A stretch of DNA of 60,038 nucleotides from an uncultured Candidatus Saccharibacteria bacterium (lineage in GTDB: Bacteria; Patescibacteriota; Saccharimonadia; Saccharimonadales; CAIOMD01): contig CAYRFD010000001.1 in NCBI GenBank assembly GCA_964423475.1, positions 1 to 60,038 on the forward strand, in the 5' to 3' direction. Both the position numbers and the translations under genes were made by a program. The notes under the pieces were generated by a model. That model was not told the DNA's origin, ran no database searches, and saw only the letters and a list, made by a program, of their open reading frames with translations. This document shows positions 1-10,494 of this stretch, piece by piece; within the stretch, counting starts at the first letter, position 1, and every line of letters begins with the position of its first letter.

Positions 1-2906
1 TTGGTACTGGCTCTTATCTATCGGATACCAAACGAATGACTTTAAAAGATTTTCCTTTACATGTAGAGTCACCTCAAGAAATAATTAAACGATGGGGCGG
101 AGATTATCCAGATTTTATAACTAATACAAAAAAAATTGCCGATTCTTGTAGCGTAAAGCTAGAATTAGGCAAAATTTTAATACCAGAATTTCCTATTACA
201 GAGAATAAGACTGAAAAAGAATATTTACATGAGCTAGTTTATAAGGGGTTAATTAATAGATATGATAAGTCTCATAAAGAGCAATCAGATATTGCAATAA
301 ATGAAGCAAAAAGTATTTTACCAAGTAGTGTAGTTGAGCGTGCCGAATATGAGCTTGGTGTGATAGATTCTATGGGTTTTAATGGATATTTTTTAATAAT
401 TTGGGATTTTGTAGGATGGGGTAAAAAGCAGGGTATTATGTTTGGCCCCGGCAGAGGCTCGGCAGCAGGATCTATTATTGCATATGCACTAAATATTACA
501 GATTTAGATCCGATAGAGCATGATTTATTGTTTGAAAGATTTTTGAACCCCGATCGTATTAGTATGCCCGATATAGATATTGATATACAAGATAACCGCC
601 GCGAAGAAGTTATAGACTATTGTGTACATAAATATGGCACTGATAGGGTAGCCAATATTGCAACCTATGGCCGTATGGCTGCACGGGCTGCTGTGCGAGA
701 TGTTGCGAGGGTTTTAGAAGTTCCTTATGCAGATGCCGATAGAATGGCAAAATTAGTTCCGCCGCCCTTACAAGGGCGCCAAATACCGCTAAAAACGTCT
801 TTAAAAAGTTCCACAGACTTAAAAAACGAATATAACAAAAATCCACAAGCAAAAATGGTTTTTGACATGGCAATACAGTTAGAGGGAACAATCAGAAATC
901 ACGGTGTGCACGCTGCGGGCGTAGTTATTGCCCCATCATCAATTGTTGAATATAGCCCACTAGAGATGGCGCAAAAGGGCGTTGTAGCTACTCAGTACCC
1001 TATGGGGGTAGTAGAAGAACTTGGTTTATTAAAGATGGATTTTTTGGGTCTTTCAAATTTAACAACTATTAAAAATGCTTTAAGGATAATTAAAAAAGTT
1101 TACGGTGATGATATTGATATAAATGCGGTTTCTTTAAAAGATACAAAAACATATGATTTGCTCTCTAGTGGCGACACGACCGGCGTGTTCCAGCTTGAAT
1201 CTGCGGGTATGAAAAGATATTTGAAAGAGCTAAAACCTACCGAATTTAACGATATAGTTGCCATGTGCGCACTTTATAGGCCTGGCCCTTTAAAAGCAGG
1301 GCTTGTGGATATGTTTGTACGTAGAAAAAATGGTCTAGAAGAAGTTAGCGTTCCTCATGAAAAATTTAAGAATGCCCTATCTCCTACTTATGGTACATTA
1401 GTTTATCAAGAACAGGTTATGCAAATTAGTAAAGAAGTTTGTGGATTTACAGGAGGAGAAGCCGATACACTGCGTAAAGCCATAGGTAAGAAAATTCGTT
1501 CAGTTATGCTTAAAATGCAACACAAATTCATAGAAGGTGGGGTTGAGCATGGTGGTGTACCAAAAGATGTTATGGAAAAGTTTTGGGAAGATCTTATGGG
1601 ATTTGCAGATTATGCTTTTAATAAATCCCATTCGGCTTGCTATGCGTTAATTGCTTATTGGACAGCCTACCTAAAAGCCCATTATCCTGCAGCCTTTATG
1701 GCTGCATTAATGACGGGTGATTACGATGATACAGATAGGCTAGCAATAGAAATTGCAGAATGCAAACATATGGGTATCACAGTGTTACAGCCAGATGTAA
1801 ATGAATCTTTTCATGAATTTTCTGTTGTAAGAGATAAAGATAATAAAGAAACTATAAGGTTTGGGTTAGACGCTATAAAGAATGTTGGCCATAACGCAGT
1901 AGCGGGTATAATTGAAAGCCGCACCAAAGAAGGGCCATTTAAGTCATTAGAAGATTTTATGGGACGTACAGATAGCCGTTTAGTTAATAAAAAAGTTTGG
2001 GAAAGCTTAATAAAGACTGGTGCTTTAGATAGATTTGCTAACCGAGCTACAATGCTTAGTAATATAGATAATATTGTGGCCACATCTGCTAAAATTGCAA
2101 AAGAAAAATCTGCTGGGCAAGTTGACTTGTTTGGTGGTGAAATTGCATCTGTTACAATTTCATTAGATTTATCAACGGATACATTGTACACAGAAAACGA
2201 TTATTTACATTGGGAAAGAGAGCTACTAGGCTTATATTTGTCTCAGCATCCTTTAGAGATATACTTAAAAATGTTTAAAGAGCAAACTGCTCCACTGTCT
2301 GAGGTTGTAGTTGACGCCGATGGCAAAAAAATTACAGTTGGTGGGACTATTGTAGAGATAAGAAACATCACTACAAAAAATGGTCAATCCATGGCCTTTA
2401 TGCAGTTAGAAGATATTAACGGAGAAGTTAGAGAATTAATAATATTTCCCAAAGTGTTAGATAGCCTAAAAGAAAAATTAGCTAAAGACACAGTTTTAAT
2501 AGTTTCTGGAAGGATTAGTGGCCGCGATAAACAAGGATCAGATTTGCAAGAAGCAAAGGTTATTGTAGAAAAGATTTCTTTAGTATCTGTTAAAGAGGCC
2601 TTGGCGTATGAGCCAACGGGGACTACTTATATATCATCAAAAAAAATTGCCAAAGTTAAATTTGTTAAACCCTTAGATAAACCTTTGCCAAAAAAGCTGT
2701 ATCTGCGGGTAGAAGATACGACAAACCAAGATCTATTAAGAAACATTAAAAATATTATTGATTCTTTCCCAGGTACAGTAGATACGGTTTTAGTGGTTGG
2801 TGATTATAAAAAACCAATAAAACTGCCAGAAGGTGTTAACTATACAGATGATTTGCTAAAAAAACTAGAAAAAGTGTTGCCCAAACAATCAATCATTTAC
2901 TCTTAG
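1..2906 (+). CDS. dnaE: DNA polymerase III alpha subunit (DnaE), 5'-truncated by the window edge
   Basis: The reading frame is open from nt 3 to the stop at 2906, with no stop upstream of the ATG at 36, so the N-terminal PHP part lies outside the window. Pol III alpha motifs are present: GPGRGSAAGS, PDIDIDI, FNKSHSACYA, plus a C-terminal OB-fold-like region. Confidence 0.95.
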   Translation, partial: GTGSYLSDTKRMTLKDFPLHVESPQEIIKRWGGDYPDFITNTKKIADSCSVKLELGKILIPEFPITENKTEKEYLHELVYKGLINRYDKSHKEQSDIAINEAKSILPSSVVERAEYELGVIDSMGFNGYFLIIWDFVGWGKKQGIMFGPGRGSAAGSIIAYALNITDLDPIEHDLLFERFLNPDRISMPDIDIDIQDNRREEVIDYCVHKYGTDRVANIATYGRMAARAAVRDVARVLEVPYADADRMAKLVPPPLQGRQIPLKTSLKSSTDLKNEYNKNPQAKMVFDMAIQLEGTIRNHGVHAAGVVIAPSSIVEYSPLEMAQKGVVATQYPMGVVEELGLLKMDFLGLSNLTTIKNALRIIKKVYGDDIDINAVSLKDTKTYDLLSSGDTTGVFQLESAGMKRYLKELKPTEFNDIVAMCALYRPGPLKAGLVDMFVRRKNGLEEVSVPHEKFKNALSPTYGTLVYQEQVMQISKEVCGFTGGEADTLRKAIGKKIRSVMLKMQHKFIEGGVEHGGVPKDVMEKFWEDLMGFADYAFNKSHSACYALIAYWTAYLKAHYPAAFMAALMTGDYDDTDRLAIEIAECKHMGITVLQPDVNESFHEFSVVRDKDNKETIRFGLDAIKNVGHNAVAGIIESRTKEGPFKSLEDFMGRTDSRLVNKKVWESLIKTGALDRFANRATMLSNIDNIVATSAKIAKEKSAGQVDLFGGEIASVTISLDLSTDTLYTENDYLHWERELLGLYLSQHPLEIYLKMFKEQTAPLSEVVVDADGKKITVGGTIVEIRNITTKNGQSMAFMQLEDINGEVRELIIFPKVLDSLKEKLAKDTVLIVSGRISGRDKQGSDLQEAKVIVEKISLVSVKEALAYEPTGTTYISSKKIAKVKFVKPLDKPLPKKLYLRVEDTTNQDLLRNIKNIIDSFPGTVDTVLVVGDYKKPIKLPEGVNYTDDLLKKLEKVLPKQSIIYS

Positions 2907-3612
2907 TATCAGACTTTTTTTTAAAATTTTGCGAACGATGGTGTATTAGAACTTGGCGATATTCAATGTAGCCACCAATTACAATGAGCGTAAAAGAAAA
3001 AATTAGCAATAATTTAGTTGCTAAATTATAAGAACTAGCAGTAATATATAGTGGTCCGGCTGGAAATGTAGGTTCTGAAACATTAGTTTTACCATCATTT
3101 GTTTGAGTTGCAAATAACGCTACTGTTATATTACGATTTTGGCTGTTAACGGCCGAATAAAAACTTGCTACCCCAACACCTATATCACTATAAGAAGAAT
3201 TAATTATGTTTGTTTTGTGAGTAATGCTTTGCATCCAACCTTCTATGATATCTTGGTTTGTGAATCCACCAATAGCAATATTTTCTCCGGCAAGTTTAAA
3301 TGGATAGTTTACTTCTTTAAGATACTCCCTAGCAGGTATTTGGCTTTGAATATTATTGTTTAGCTCAAATTGTTTAGCTAAAGCCTCGGCTTTTTTTTGA
3401 GCAGCATTTACTAAATCTGCATTTGTTGAAAGTGGTTTTATGTCTTGTAATGATCTTTGTTTGTTTGCAAGGTTAATTATATTTATTGTACCAATTCTAT
3501 CTGTGTTAACAGTATTGAATGGCCCAATGATTACTATAGTAATTAAAGCTAAAATAGTACCACAAAGTATTAATACAAGGCCAATAGAATGAGTTTTTCT
3601 TAATATATTCAT
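2893..3612 (-). CDS. CAP/SCP (PR-1, YkwD-like) domain protein with N- and C-terminal hydrophobic anchors
   Basis: 239-aa ORF with an N-terminal TM (IGLVLILCGTILALITIVIIG). The CAP-like core reads GENIAIGG...WMQSITHKTNIINSSYSDIGVGVA, and there is a C-terminal TM. Its start overlaps the stop of the upstream methyltransferase gene by 4 nt (ATGA). Confidence 0.7.
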   Translation of the reverse strand: MNILRKTHSIGLVLILCGTILALITIVIIGPFNTVNTDRIGTINIINLANKQRSLQDIKPLSTNADLVNAAQKKAEALAKQFELNNNIQSQIPAREYLKEVNYPFKLAGENIAIGGFTNQDIIEGWMQSITHKTNIINSSYSDIGVGVASFYSAVNSQNRNITVALFATQTNDGKTNVSEPTFPAGPLYITASSYNLATKLLLIFSFTLIVIGGYIEYRQVLIHHRSQNFKKKSDTKSK

Positions 3613-4115
3613 AAATGCATATTTGTGAGTGCGTATAACGCTATAGAAGTGGCATTACTTACGTTTAATGATTCTTTTTTACCAAATTGGGCTATTTCAA
3701 GTATGGCATGAGCGTTTTGCCGTGTCCAGAAAGAAACTCCGTTTAGTTCGTTACCAACCGCCAGTAACAGATCTAAATTTGTGTTATATTTATTAATTGG
3801 AATGCTTGCAGGGTCTTGTTCAAGACATACAAACTGTTTAAAACCAGCTTTATTAGCAGCTGATACAGCATCTGGTTCGTAATTATATACAGAAAAAGGT
3901 ATTGAAGTCTCTGCACCAAGTGCTGTTTTTGCAATTCTGCTGTTAATTTTTTTTGCTAAATGTGGTAACCTAGTGTCATTTTGTATTAATGGATAAGGTG
4001 TATAGCCGCTAAAATATATATGCTTAACCCCAAAACAATCTGCACTTCGCATAATACTACCAACATTTTGGGTACTGCGTATATCATGAAGAAGTAGGGA
4101 TATATTAATGCTCAT
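3609..4115 (-). CDS. SpoU/TrmH-family RNA 2'-O-methyltransferase
   Basis: 168 aa. SpoU motifs are present: NVGSIMRSADCFG, LAVGNELNGVS, ESLNVSNATSIALYAL. Confidence 0.85.
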   Translation of the reverse strand: MSINISLLLHDIRSTQNVGSIMRSADCFGVKHIYFSGYTPYPLIQNDTRLPHLAKKINSRIAKTALGAETSIPFSVYNYEPDAVSAANKAGFKQFVCLEQDPASIPINKYNTNLDLLLAVGNELNGVSFWTRQNAHAILEIAQFGKKESLNVSNATSIALYALTNMHL

Positions 4116-4174
4116 ATATTTACTTTAACAAAAATATGTACATTGCAGTATAATAATACATAAGCATTACAACT

Positions 4175-5773
4175 ATGGACGACAATAAAGCAAGACAACT
4201 AGATGAACAAGCAACCCTAAGGCGGGCTCGTATTGTTGGCGTTCAATATTTTGATACTTCTCAGGCAGAGATTGATCTGTACAAAGACTTTTTAAGTGTT
4301 GAAGAAATAAGATCACTAAGAATAATGCCACTGTACGTTGATGCTCATTTGATTAGATTTGGTATTACTAACGCTACCGCGCAAAATACTATGAGCCAAA
4401 TGCGTAATAAGTTTCAAGATCAGCAAGTAGATTTTTATTTGATATCTGATATGGGATATAGGGAATTAATGCGTCGTTATGATCCACCTAAAGAAATTGT
4501 ATATCATGATATAGAAATAAACCACGGTACCACAGAAACCGTTGGTGATATTTCTGCTACTTTGGGCACCGTGCATGCTGATGATATGTTGGCGTATTTA
4601 GTTAAGCAAGCTTTTCAGCTTGAAGCTTCTGATATCCACCTAGAAACAGATGAAAATGATGTACGGATTAGATTTAGAGTTGATGGCGTTTTACATCCAG
4701 TTGCGGTTATAGATCGCGAGAAGTATCATCAGCTAATATCTAGCCTGGCTGTTGCAGCTAATGTTTCTACAAATTCTGACGATGCTCAAACGGGGCATAT
4801 AAATAAAAAGTATCAACTTGCAGATGGATCGTCGGTAGAGGTTAATTTACGCGTAGAAACCGTACCGACAATACACGGCATGGACGCAGTATTACGGTTA
4901 TTTAATTTAAAATCAGAAATGATGAATATAGATAAATTAGGTTTGCAACCAGATGAAAAAGAAATTATAGATGATATTATTAAACACCCAAATGGGCTTG
5001 TGTTAATTGTTGGACCAACAGGATCGGGTAAGACAACAACTTTATACAGTATATTAAATGAGTTAAATAGCACCGAAAGAAAAATCATTACTCTTGAAGA
5101 CCCTGTAGAATATAACATTAAAGGAGTAACACAAATACCTGTTGATTCTCGTCATGATACTTCTGGTTTTGCAACTAAATTTAGAGCCGTGTTAAGGTTA
5201 GACCCAGATGTAGTAATGGTAGGAGAAATAAGAGATAACGATACCGCAAAAACAGCTTTGCAGTCTGCGTTAACAGGCCATTTAGTGGTTTCTACATATC
5301 ATGCGGGCTCTGCAGCTGCGGCCCTTACCAGAATGCTTGGTGCAATAGAAGAAAATCCTTTATTTACTTCTGCTATTAGATTAGTACAAGCCCAGCGCCT
5401 AATAAGACGCCTAGATGATAATAGCAAAGAAGCATATAGCCCAGATGACGCCACTTTGCAGTGGATAAAGCAATCAGTAGATTCTTTGCCTGAGCATGTC
5501 CCAAAACCTAATTTAGATAATTTACAGCTTTACAAACCAGTACCAACGGAGGACAACCCCTTTGGGTATACGGGGCAATTCGCCGTAAGAGAATTGTTAG
5601 TAATGACTAATGAAGTAGAAACAGAACTAAAAAAACCAATAAGACTAGTAACTTCTAGATCTATAGAAGCTGTTGCAGTTAGTGGGGGTATGACAACACT
5701 GTTGCAAGAGGGTGTATTAAGAGTAATAGCCGGAGAAACCAGTGTAGAAGAAGTGATGCGGATTTTGTCTTAA
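4175..5773 (+). CDS. pilB: Type IV pilus / type II secretion assembly ATPase (PilB/GspE family)
   Basis: 532 aa. It has a T2SSE N-domain, Walker A GPTGSGKTTT, an Asp box (ITLEDPVEY), Walker B/His box (VVMVGEIRD...TGHLVVSTYHA). Confidence 0.9.
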   Translation: MDDNKARQLDEQATLRRARIVGVQYFDTSQAEIDLYKDFLSVEEIRSLRIMPLYVDAHLIRFGITNATAQNTMSQMRNKFQDQQVDFYLISDMGYRELMRRYDPPKEIVYHDIEINHGTTETVGDISATLGTVHADDMLAYLVKQAFQLEASDIHLETDENDVRIRFRVDGVLHPVAVIDREKYHQLISSLAVAANVSTNSDDAQTGHINKKYQLADGSSVEVNLRVETVPTIHGMDAVLRLFNLKSEMMNIDKLGLQPDEKEIIDDIIKHPNGLVLIVGPTGSGKTTTLYSILNELNSTERKIITLEDPVEYNIKGVTQIPVDSRHDTSGFATKFRAVLRLDPDVVMVGEIRDNDTAKTALQSALTGHLVVSTYHAGSAAAALTRMLGAIEENPLFTSAIRLVQAQRLIRRLDDNSKEAYSPDDATLQWIKQSVDSLPEHVPKPNLDNLQLYKPVPTEDNPFGYTGQFAVRELLVMTNEVETELKKPIRLVTSRSIEAVAVSGGMTTLLQEGVLRVIAGETSVEEVMRILS

Positions 5774-5792
5774 TATAAATTAATATTAAAAT

Positions 5793-6923
5793 TTACTTTT
5801 TATATACAGCAGCAACTACTTTTACTACATTTTTATCAAAAGGGCTAGGTATTATTTGGGTTTTAGTGGGTGACTTAATAATATTAGCAATTGCCTCTGC
5901 TGCAGCTAATTTATGAGATTCATTAATTGTAGATTGAGTGTCTAGAGCACCCCTAAATAGGCCAGGAAAAGCTAGCACATTATTTACTTGGTTAGGATAG
6001 TCGCTTCTGCCAGTGGCTACTACGGCTGCACCTGCGTTAATAGCATCTGTTGGAGTTATTTCTGGGTTAGGGTTTGCAAGAGCAAAAATTATTGGGTTTT
6101 TTGCCATAGATTGTATCATTTTTTTGCTTAATAAATTACTCTTTGAGACACCTATAAAAATGTCTGCACCCTTTAGGGATCCTTTAAGATCTGTGGCAGT
6201 ACTATCTTGGCTATATGAACTTAATAGTAACTTTTCTGGTGATAAATTCTTTCTATTTTTAGTTATTACACCCTTAGTATCTATGGCTATGATATTTGGC
6301 TTAGCATATTGATATAACAACTTAGCAATGGCCACTCCTGCAGCGCCTGCTCCAATTAGTACGACCTTAGAATCATGTAGATTGCGGTTAGTTACTTTGC
6401 AGGCGTTAATTAGCCCTGCAAGTACCACAACAGCCGTTCCGTGTTGGTCGTCGTGCATTATTGGTATAGATAATCTTTTTTTAAGCTGATCTTCTATATA
6501 AAAACAATTTGGTGCAGAAATATCTTCTAAATTGATGCCACCAAAACTTGGGGCAATTGCGGTAACAATATTAATTATTTCGTTTGGGTCTTGAGTATTC
6601 AGAACAATAGGGTAGCCATCTATATTGGCAAACTTTTTAAACAGAATGGCTTTACCTTCCATAACCGGTAATGCTCCTTCTGGGCCAATATTCCCCAAGC
6701 CTAATACCGCGCTTCCATCAGAAACTATTGCTACAGAGTTATGGGTATTTGTGTATAGATTTGTCTGCTCCGGGAATTTAGCAAGATGTGTAGCAACTGC
6801 AGCTACCCCAGGACTATAATAGGTGCTTAGATCTTCTTTGGTATCTAATGGTACCCTAGAAACTATCTCCATTTTACCTTTATATTTTTTATGTTCCTTA
6901 AGGGCTTTATTAAATATATCCAT
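5793..6923 (-). CDS. NAD(P)-dependent malic enzyme (short form, no PTA domain)
   Basis: 376 aa. Malic-enzyme signatures are present: [43 protein letters not shown] (Rossmann). Confidence 0.9.
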   Translation of the reverse strand: MDIFNKALKEHKKYKGKMEIVSRVPLDTKEDLSTYYSPGVAAVATHLAKFPEQTNLYTNTHNSVAIVSDGSAVLGLGNIGPEGALPVMEGKAILFKKFANIDGYPIVLNTQDPNEIINIVTAIAPSFGGINLEDISAPNCFYIEDQLKKRLSIPIMHDDQHGTAVVVLAGLINACKVTNRNLHDSKVVLIGAGAAGVAIAKLLYQYAKPNIIAIDTKGVITKNRKNLSPEKLLLSSYSQDSTATDLKGSLKGADIFIGVSKSNLLSKKMIQSMAKNPIIFALANPNPEITPTDAINAGAAVVATGRSDYPNQVNNVLAFPGLFRGALDTQSTINESHKLAAAEAIANIIKSPTKTQIIPSPFDKNVVKVVAAVYKK

Positions 6924-6983
6924 AATTGATTATTGTATCGTTTTAGGCTAAATATTATTAGTCTTTTAATGTAACTGTAAATA

Positions 6984-6992
6984 TGCTATACT
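6984..6992 (+). promoter_or_regulatory. Extended -10 promoter (TGcTATACT) upstream of rplS
   Basis: TGCTATACT lies at 6984-6992, about 45 nt upstream of the rplS ATG. A GAGGA SD sits at about 7024-7028. Confidence 0.45.
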
Positions 6993-7037
6993 AACTCGGA
7001 TTATAGATAAAATAAGCATATGGCGAGGACACATAAA

Positions 7038-7466
7038 ATGGCAAGCATTATAAGAACTATTGAGCAAAAATATATGAAACCACATGTTACTGCGGTTCAA
7101 ACAGGTGATACAGTTAAGGTTCACCAAAAAATTAAAGAAGGCAATAAAGAACGCGTACAGGTTTTTGAGGGCTTAGTTATTAGAACAGATAGAAAAAATA
7201 GCCTTACAAGCAGCATAACGGTAAGAAGAATATCTAGCGGTGTTGGGGTAGAAAAATCGTATTTAGTACATAGCCCTTCTATTGTTAAGTTAGAGGTTGT
7301 TAAACGTAGTAAGGTTCGTAGAAACAATCTTACCTATATGCGTGATCGTACTGGTAAATCTGCTAGGTTAACAAGTATAGATTTTGACAAAAAAGCAGTA
7401 AATGCAACTCCGGTATCTAAAGAAATACCCGCTGAAGAAGCAGTAATTGATTCAAAAGAATCATAA
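7038..7466 (+). CDS. rplS: 50S ribosomal protein L19
   Basis: The sequence MASIIRTIEQKYMK...GDTVKVHQKIKEGNKERVQVFEGLVI...RRISSGVGVEK is typical L19. The ATG at 7038 is preceded by a GAGGA SD, whereas the ORF-track start at 7020 has no SD. There is a C-terminal extension of about 30 aa. Confidence 0.93.
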   Translation: MASIIRTIEQKYMKPHVTAVQTGDTVKVHQKIKEGNKERVQVFEGLVIRTDRKNSLTSSITVRRISSGVGVEKSYLVHSPSIVKLEVVKRSKVRRNNLTYMRDRTGKSARLTSIDFDKKAVNATPVSKEIPAEEAVIDSKES

Positions 7467-7529
7467 AATTAGATTAATAGCTTAGAGTTTTATATTATAA
7501 AAACACAGTAAATTTGTTATTGTATAAAC

Positions 7530-7871
7530 ATGACCATAACTACAAATATAGGTCAAAAAGCTGAATCGTTAGTTTCTGAATATTTACAGCAAAAAGGCCA
7601 TAAAGTTCTATTTTGTAATTGGCGTACTAAGCTGTGTGAAATAGATATTGTAAGTAAAAAAAATGATATAGTTTATTGTTGCGAGGTAAGATACAGAAAA
7701 TCATCTAAATGGGGTAATGGTTTTGATTCTATAACGTCTAAAAAATTAAAACAAGTAAATTTTGCAGCAGAATTATGGGCTCATAATAATAAATGGGATG
7801 GTCCAATAAGAATATTAATTGCCGCAGTGTCTGGAGAACCTCTAACTGTAGACGATATTATTGAACTTTAA
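7530..7871 (+). CDS. yraN: YraN-family (UPF0102) predicted endonuclease
   Basis: 113 aa. The pattern GQKAESLVSEYLQQKGHKVLFCNWRTKLCEIDIV...CEVRYR matches the YraN/Holliday-junction-resolvase-like fold. The 3' end overlaps the convergent pepN by 14 nt. Confidence 0.8.
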   Translation: MTITTNIGQKAESLVSEYLQQKGHKVLFCNWRTKLCEIDIVSKKNDIVYCCEVRYRKSSKWGNGFDSITSKKLKQVNFAAELWAHNNKWDGPIRILIAAVSGEPLTVDDIIEL

Positions 7872-10368
7872 GCCATTCGCTAACTTTATTTTGGTCTAGT
7901 TTACGCCACAATATTTTGTTTTCTATCTCCTTTATGCCGATTTCTATATTACGGGCCAATGCAGGCTCATCCTTAAGGGGTTCAAATAAATATAAATAAT
8001 TTTTTAAGCCTTGTGGCGTACAGAATGCTCCGGCAGCGTAACGTGGGTACATGTCGTATGATTTATCAGAAGCAAATGTTTTAGAAATCCATTGCCAGTT
8101 TTTACATAACCAAGCCCAGGTTGACTGTCTGCTATGTTTATTACGAAGCAAAAGTACAATAAACATATCTAAATCTTGTTTGCGTACAAATTTATCACTC
8201 TTTAGTTTTTTTAATATTTCTAAAGTATTATTAACATTTTTTGTACTACACAGGGCATGAGCAATATCTCTTTGGATAGCACTAGTTTTAGCTTCTGGGT
8301 ATAGACTAATTAGTTTATAAAAATAATCGTCTTTGCCATTTTTAACTGCAACAGAAAGTATTTGACTTCTTATATCTGCAGGTATTAAATCGGCTTCTTT
8401 AAAACGTGTATAATATTCAAGCATTTCTTTAATTACTAATTTATTTTCTGTATAGGCGGCTAAACTTACAATTACACCCCTTAGTTTTTTGTCATTTAGG
8501 TCGTCAGATAAACTTGGCTCTAATCCAAGTTTTTTATAGTGTGTTTTGGTTAAGCCCCAAACAAGCTTTTTAATGTTTTCTTCTGATTTAGTATCACCCT
8601 CTGTTAGCATTCGTAAATCGCCAATAATCATACTGATGATACCCCAAACCTGTTCTTTGGGCTCGTCATGATAATGAACAAGCAGGTTTAGGGTTTCTGT
8701 AAGGGAATTTACATGGCATTTAGCAAGTAGTGCACTATCTGATAGTATTAGTAATCTATTATCTACCTTTAAGGTTCTTTGTTCTATTTGTTTTTGAATA
8801 GATTGATTATCTATATTACTTGTGTAATGACAAACGTAATGTCCGCCAACCTTATTAAAAAGTACCGGTTCTTGCCATTTTAGCGTTAATTTTGAATTAT
8901 CTAAAACTAAGTTATTGTGGTTGGTTGGCCATAAAGGAATAGGCCAAATATTTTTATTATTGTGAGGCTCGGTAGAAAGCTGTTGTTGGCTAATTGTAAT
9001 ATTATTGTTATTGTCTCTAGATATTTCTATATATGGAAACCCAGCTTGTTCTACCCAGGGCTGCATAAGAGCACCAACATTTTTTTGGCTAGAATCACTT
9101 AATGCTTTCCATAAATCACTACCCTTAGTATTTTTGTATGCATGTTTAATAAAGTATTGCTTTAAACCCTTTTTAAAGGCTTGGTTTCCTACATAATTAT
9201 ATGCCATCCATAGTAAACGAGAGCCTTTGGCGTATACAATAGATGGGTCAAATAAAGAACTAATTTCGTCTGGATGATTAACGTTTGTTCTTACAGCCTG
9301 TACCCCTGGTAAGATATCTCTTCTAAATGCCATTAAAGCTTCGCTATCTGTGAAAGAACTCATAATATTCCAGTCAGGATAAATAGCATCAACAATTAAA
9401 TATTCCATTAAGGTAGCAAAACTTTCGTTAAGCCATAAATCATCCCACCATTGCATAGTCACTAGATTGCCAAACCATTGATGAGAAAGTTCGTGTGCAA
9501 TAACAAGAGCTATTAGTTCTTTTTGTGAGGTTGATATGGTATCGGGATTAGCTAGTAGGGCAATTTCTCTGTAGGTAATTAGCCCCCAGTTTTCCATAGC
9601 ACCAGAGCTAAAATCTGGTATAGCTATGTGGTCGCATTTTGGTAGCGGATAAGGCACGCCAAAGTAGTCATTTAAAAATTCTAAAGCTTTAACAGCAATT
9701 TCTAGAGGGTATACCAAAGATTCTATGTCGTGATTTTTAGAAGACCATACACTAACCTCTGTGCCGTTGTTTGTAGTGGTAGAAACACGTTGCAAATCGC
9801 CCCACACAATGGCTACTAAATAAGGGCTCATAATTGGCGTTACATCAAACTTGGTTATTATACGGTTATCTTTAGTTTTAGTTTGTTGTGTATGCGGCAT
9901 ATTGCTTAGTGCAGTACCACTAGGAGTATCAAGTGTTATTGAAAACACAGCCTTAGCTTCAGGCTCGTCTATACATGGGAAAGCTTCTCTTGCATGATGG
10001 CTTTCAAATTGCGTAGAAATCATTAAATCACCATCTGCGGTATGTGATTGGTATATCCCATGCATAGCTTTAGTAATTGGTGCATTATATTCTATTTCTA
10101 TAGAAATGCCTTTATTAGTAGTCCCTTCTTTTAGAAATAGTGTTAAAATATCGTCTTGCTGAGTAAATTTTACTGTATCATTATTAATCTTAACTTTATT
10201 AATTGATAGATCTTTAGCATGAAGTTTTACTATTTTTTGGTCTGATTTGGGCAAATTAGCAATAATTTCACATCTTGCCTTAAAAGATACGTCTATGGTG
10301 TTTATTTCTATGTATAACGTGTATTTTTTTGGGTGTAATTGTTTATATAATCTATCTACTTTTTGCAT
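7858..10368 (-). CDS. pepN: Aminopeptidase N (M1 zinc metallopeptidase)
   Basis: 836 aa. It has the GAMENWG exopeptidase motif and HELSHQWFGNLVTMQWWDDLWLNESFA (HExxH-x18-E). A GGAG SD lies 5 nt upstream of the ATG. Confidence 0.92.
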   Translation of the reverse strand: MQKVDRLYKQLHPKKYTLYIEINTIDVSFKARCEIIANLPKSDQKIVKLHAKDLSINKVKINNDTVKFTQQDDILTLFLKEGTTNKGISIEIEYNAPITKAMHGIYQSHTADGDLMISTQFESHHAREAFPCIDEPEAKAVFSITLDTPSGTALSNMPHTQQTKTKDNRIITKFDVTPIMSPYLVAIVWGDLQRVSTTTNNGTEVSVWSSKNHDIESLVYPLEIAVKALEFLNDYFGVPYPLPKCDHIAIPDFSSGAMENWGLITYREIALLANPDTISTSQKELIALVIAHELSHQWFGNLVTMQWWDDLWLNESFATLMEYLIVDAIYPDWNIMSSFTDSEALMAFRRDILPGVQAVRTNVNHPDEISSLFDPSIVYAKGSRLLWMAYNYVGNQAFKKGLKQYFIKHAYKNTKGSDLWKALSDSSQKNVGALMQPWVEQAGFPYIEISRDNNNNITISQQQLSTEPHNNKNIWPIPLWPTNHNNLVLDNSKLTLKWQEPVLFNKVGGHYVCHYTSNIDNQSIQKQIEQRTLKVDNRLLILSDSALLAKCHVNSLTETLNLLVHYHDEPKEQVWGIISMIIGDLRMLTEGDTKSEENIKKLVWGLTKTHYKKLGLEPSLSDDLNDKKLRGVIVSLAAYTENKLVIKEMLEYYTRFKEADLIPADIRSQILSVAVKNGKDDYFYKLISLYPEAKTSAIQRDIAHALCSTKNVNNTLEILKKLKSDKFVRKQDLDMFIVLLLRNKHSRQSTWAWLCKNWQWISKTFASDKSYDMYPRYAAGAFCTPQGLKNYLYLFEPLKDEPALARNIEIGIKEIENKILWRKLDQNKVSEWLKVQ

Positions 10369-10442
10369 AAAACTCCAATAAAACCGATAATATTTACTTG
10401 CTAAAATTACTAGTACTATGGTAACATAAATAAGTACTGAAT

Positions 10443-10466
10443 CCGACCAATAAGGTCGGTTTTTTA
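10443..10466 (+). terminator. Orphan intrinsic terminator-like hairpin in the nusA leader region
   Basis: CCGACC-AATAA-GGTCGG is followed by TTTTTT on the + strand, 30 nt upstream of the nusA ATG. There is no + strand gene upstream for it to terminate. Confidence 0.5.
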
Positions 10467-10494
10467 TTGTAAAATATACGAAAGGAATGATTAT

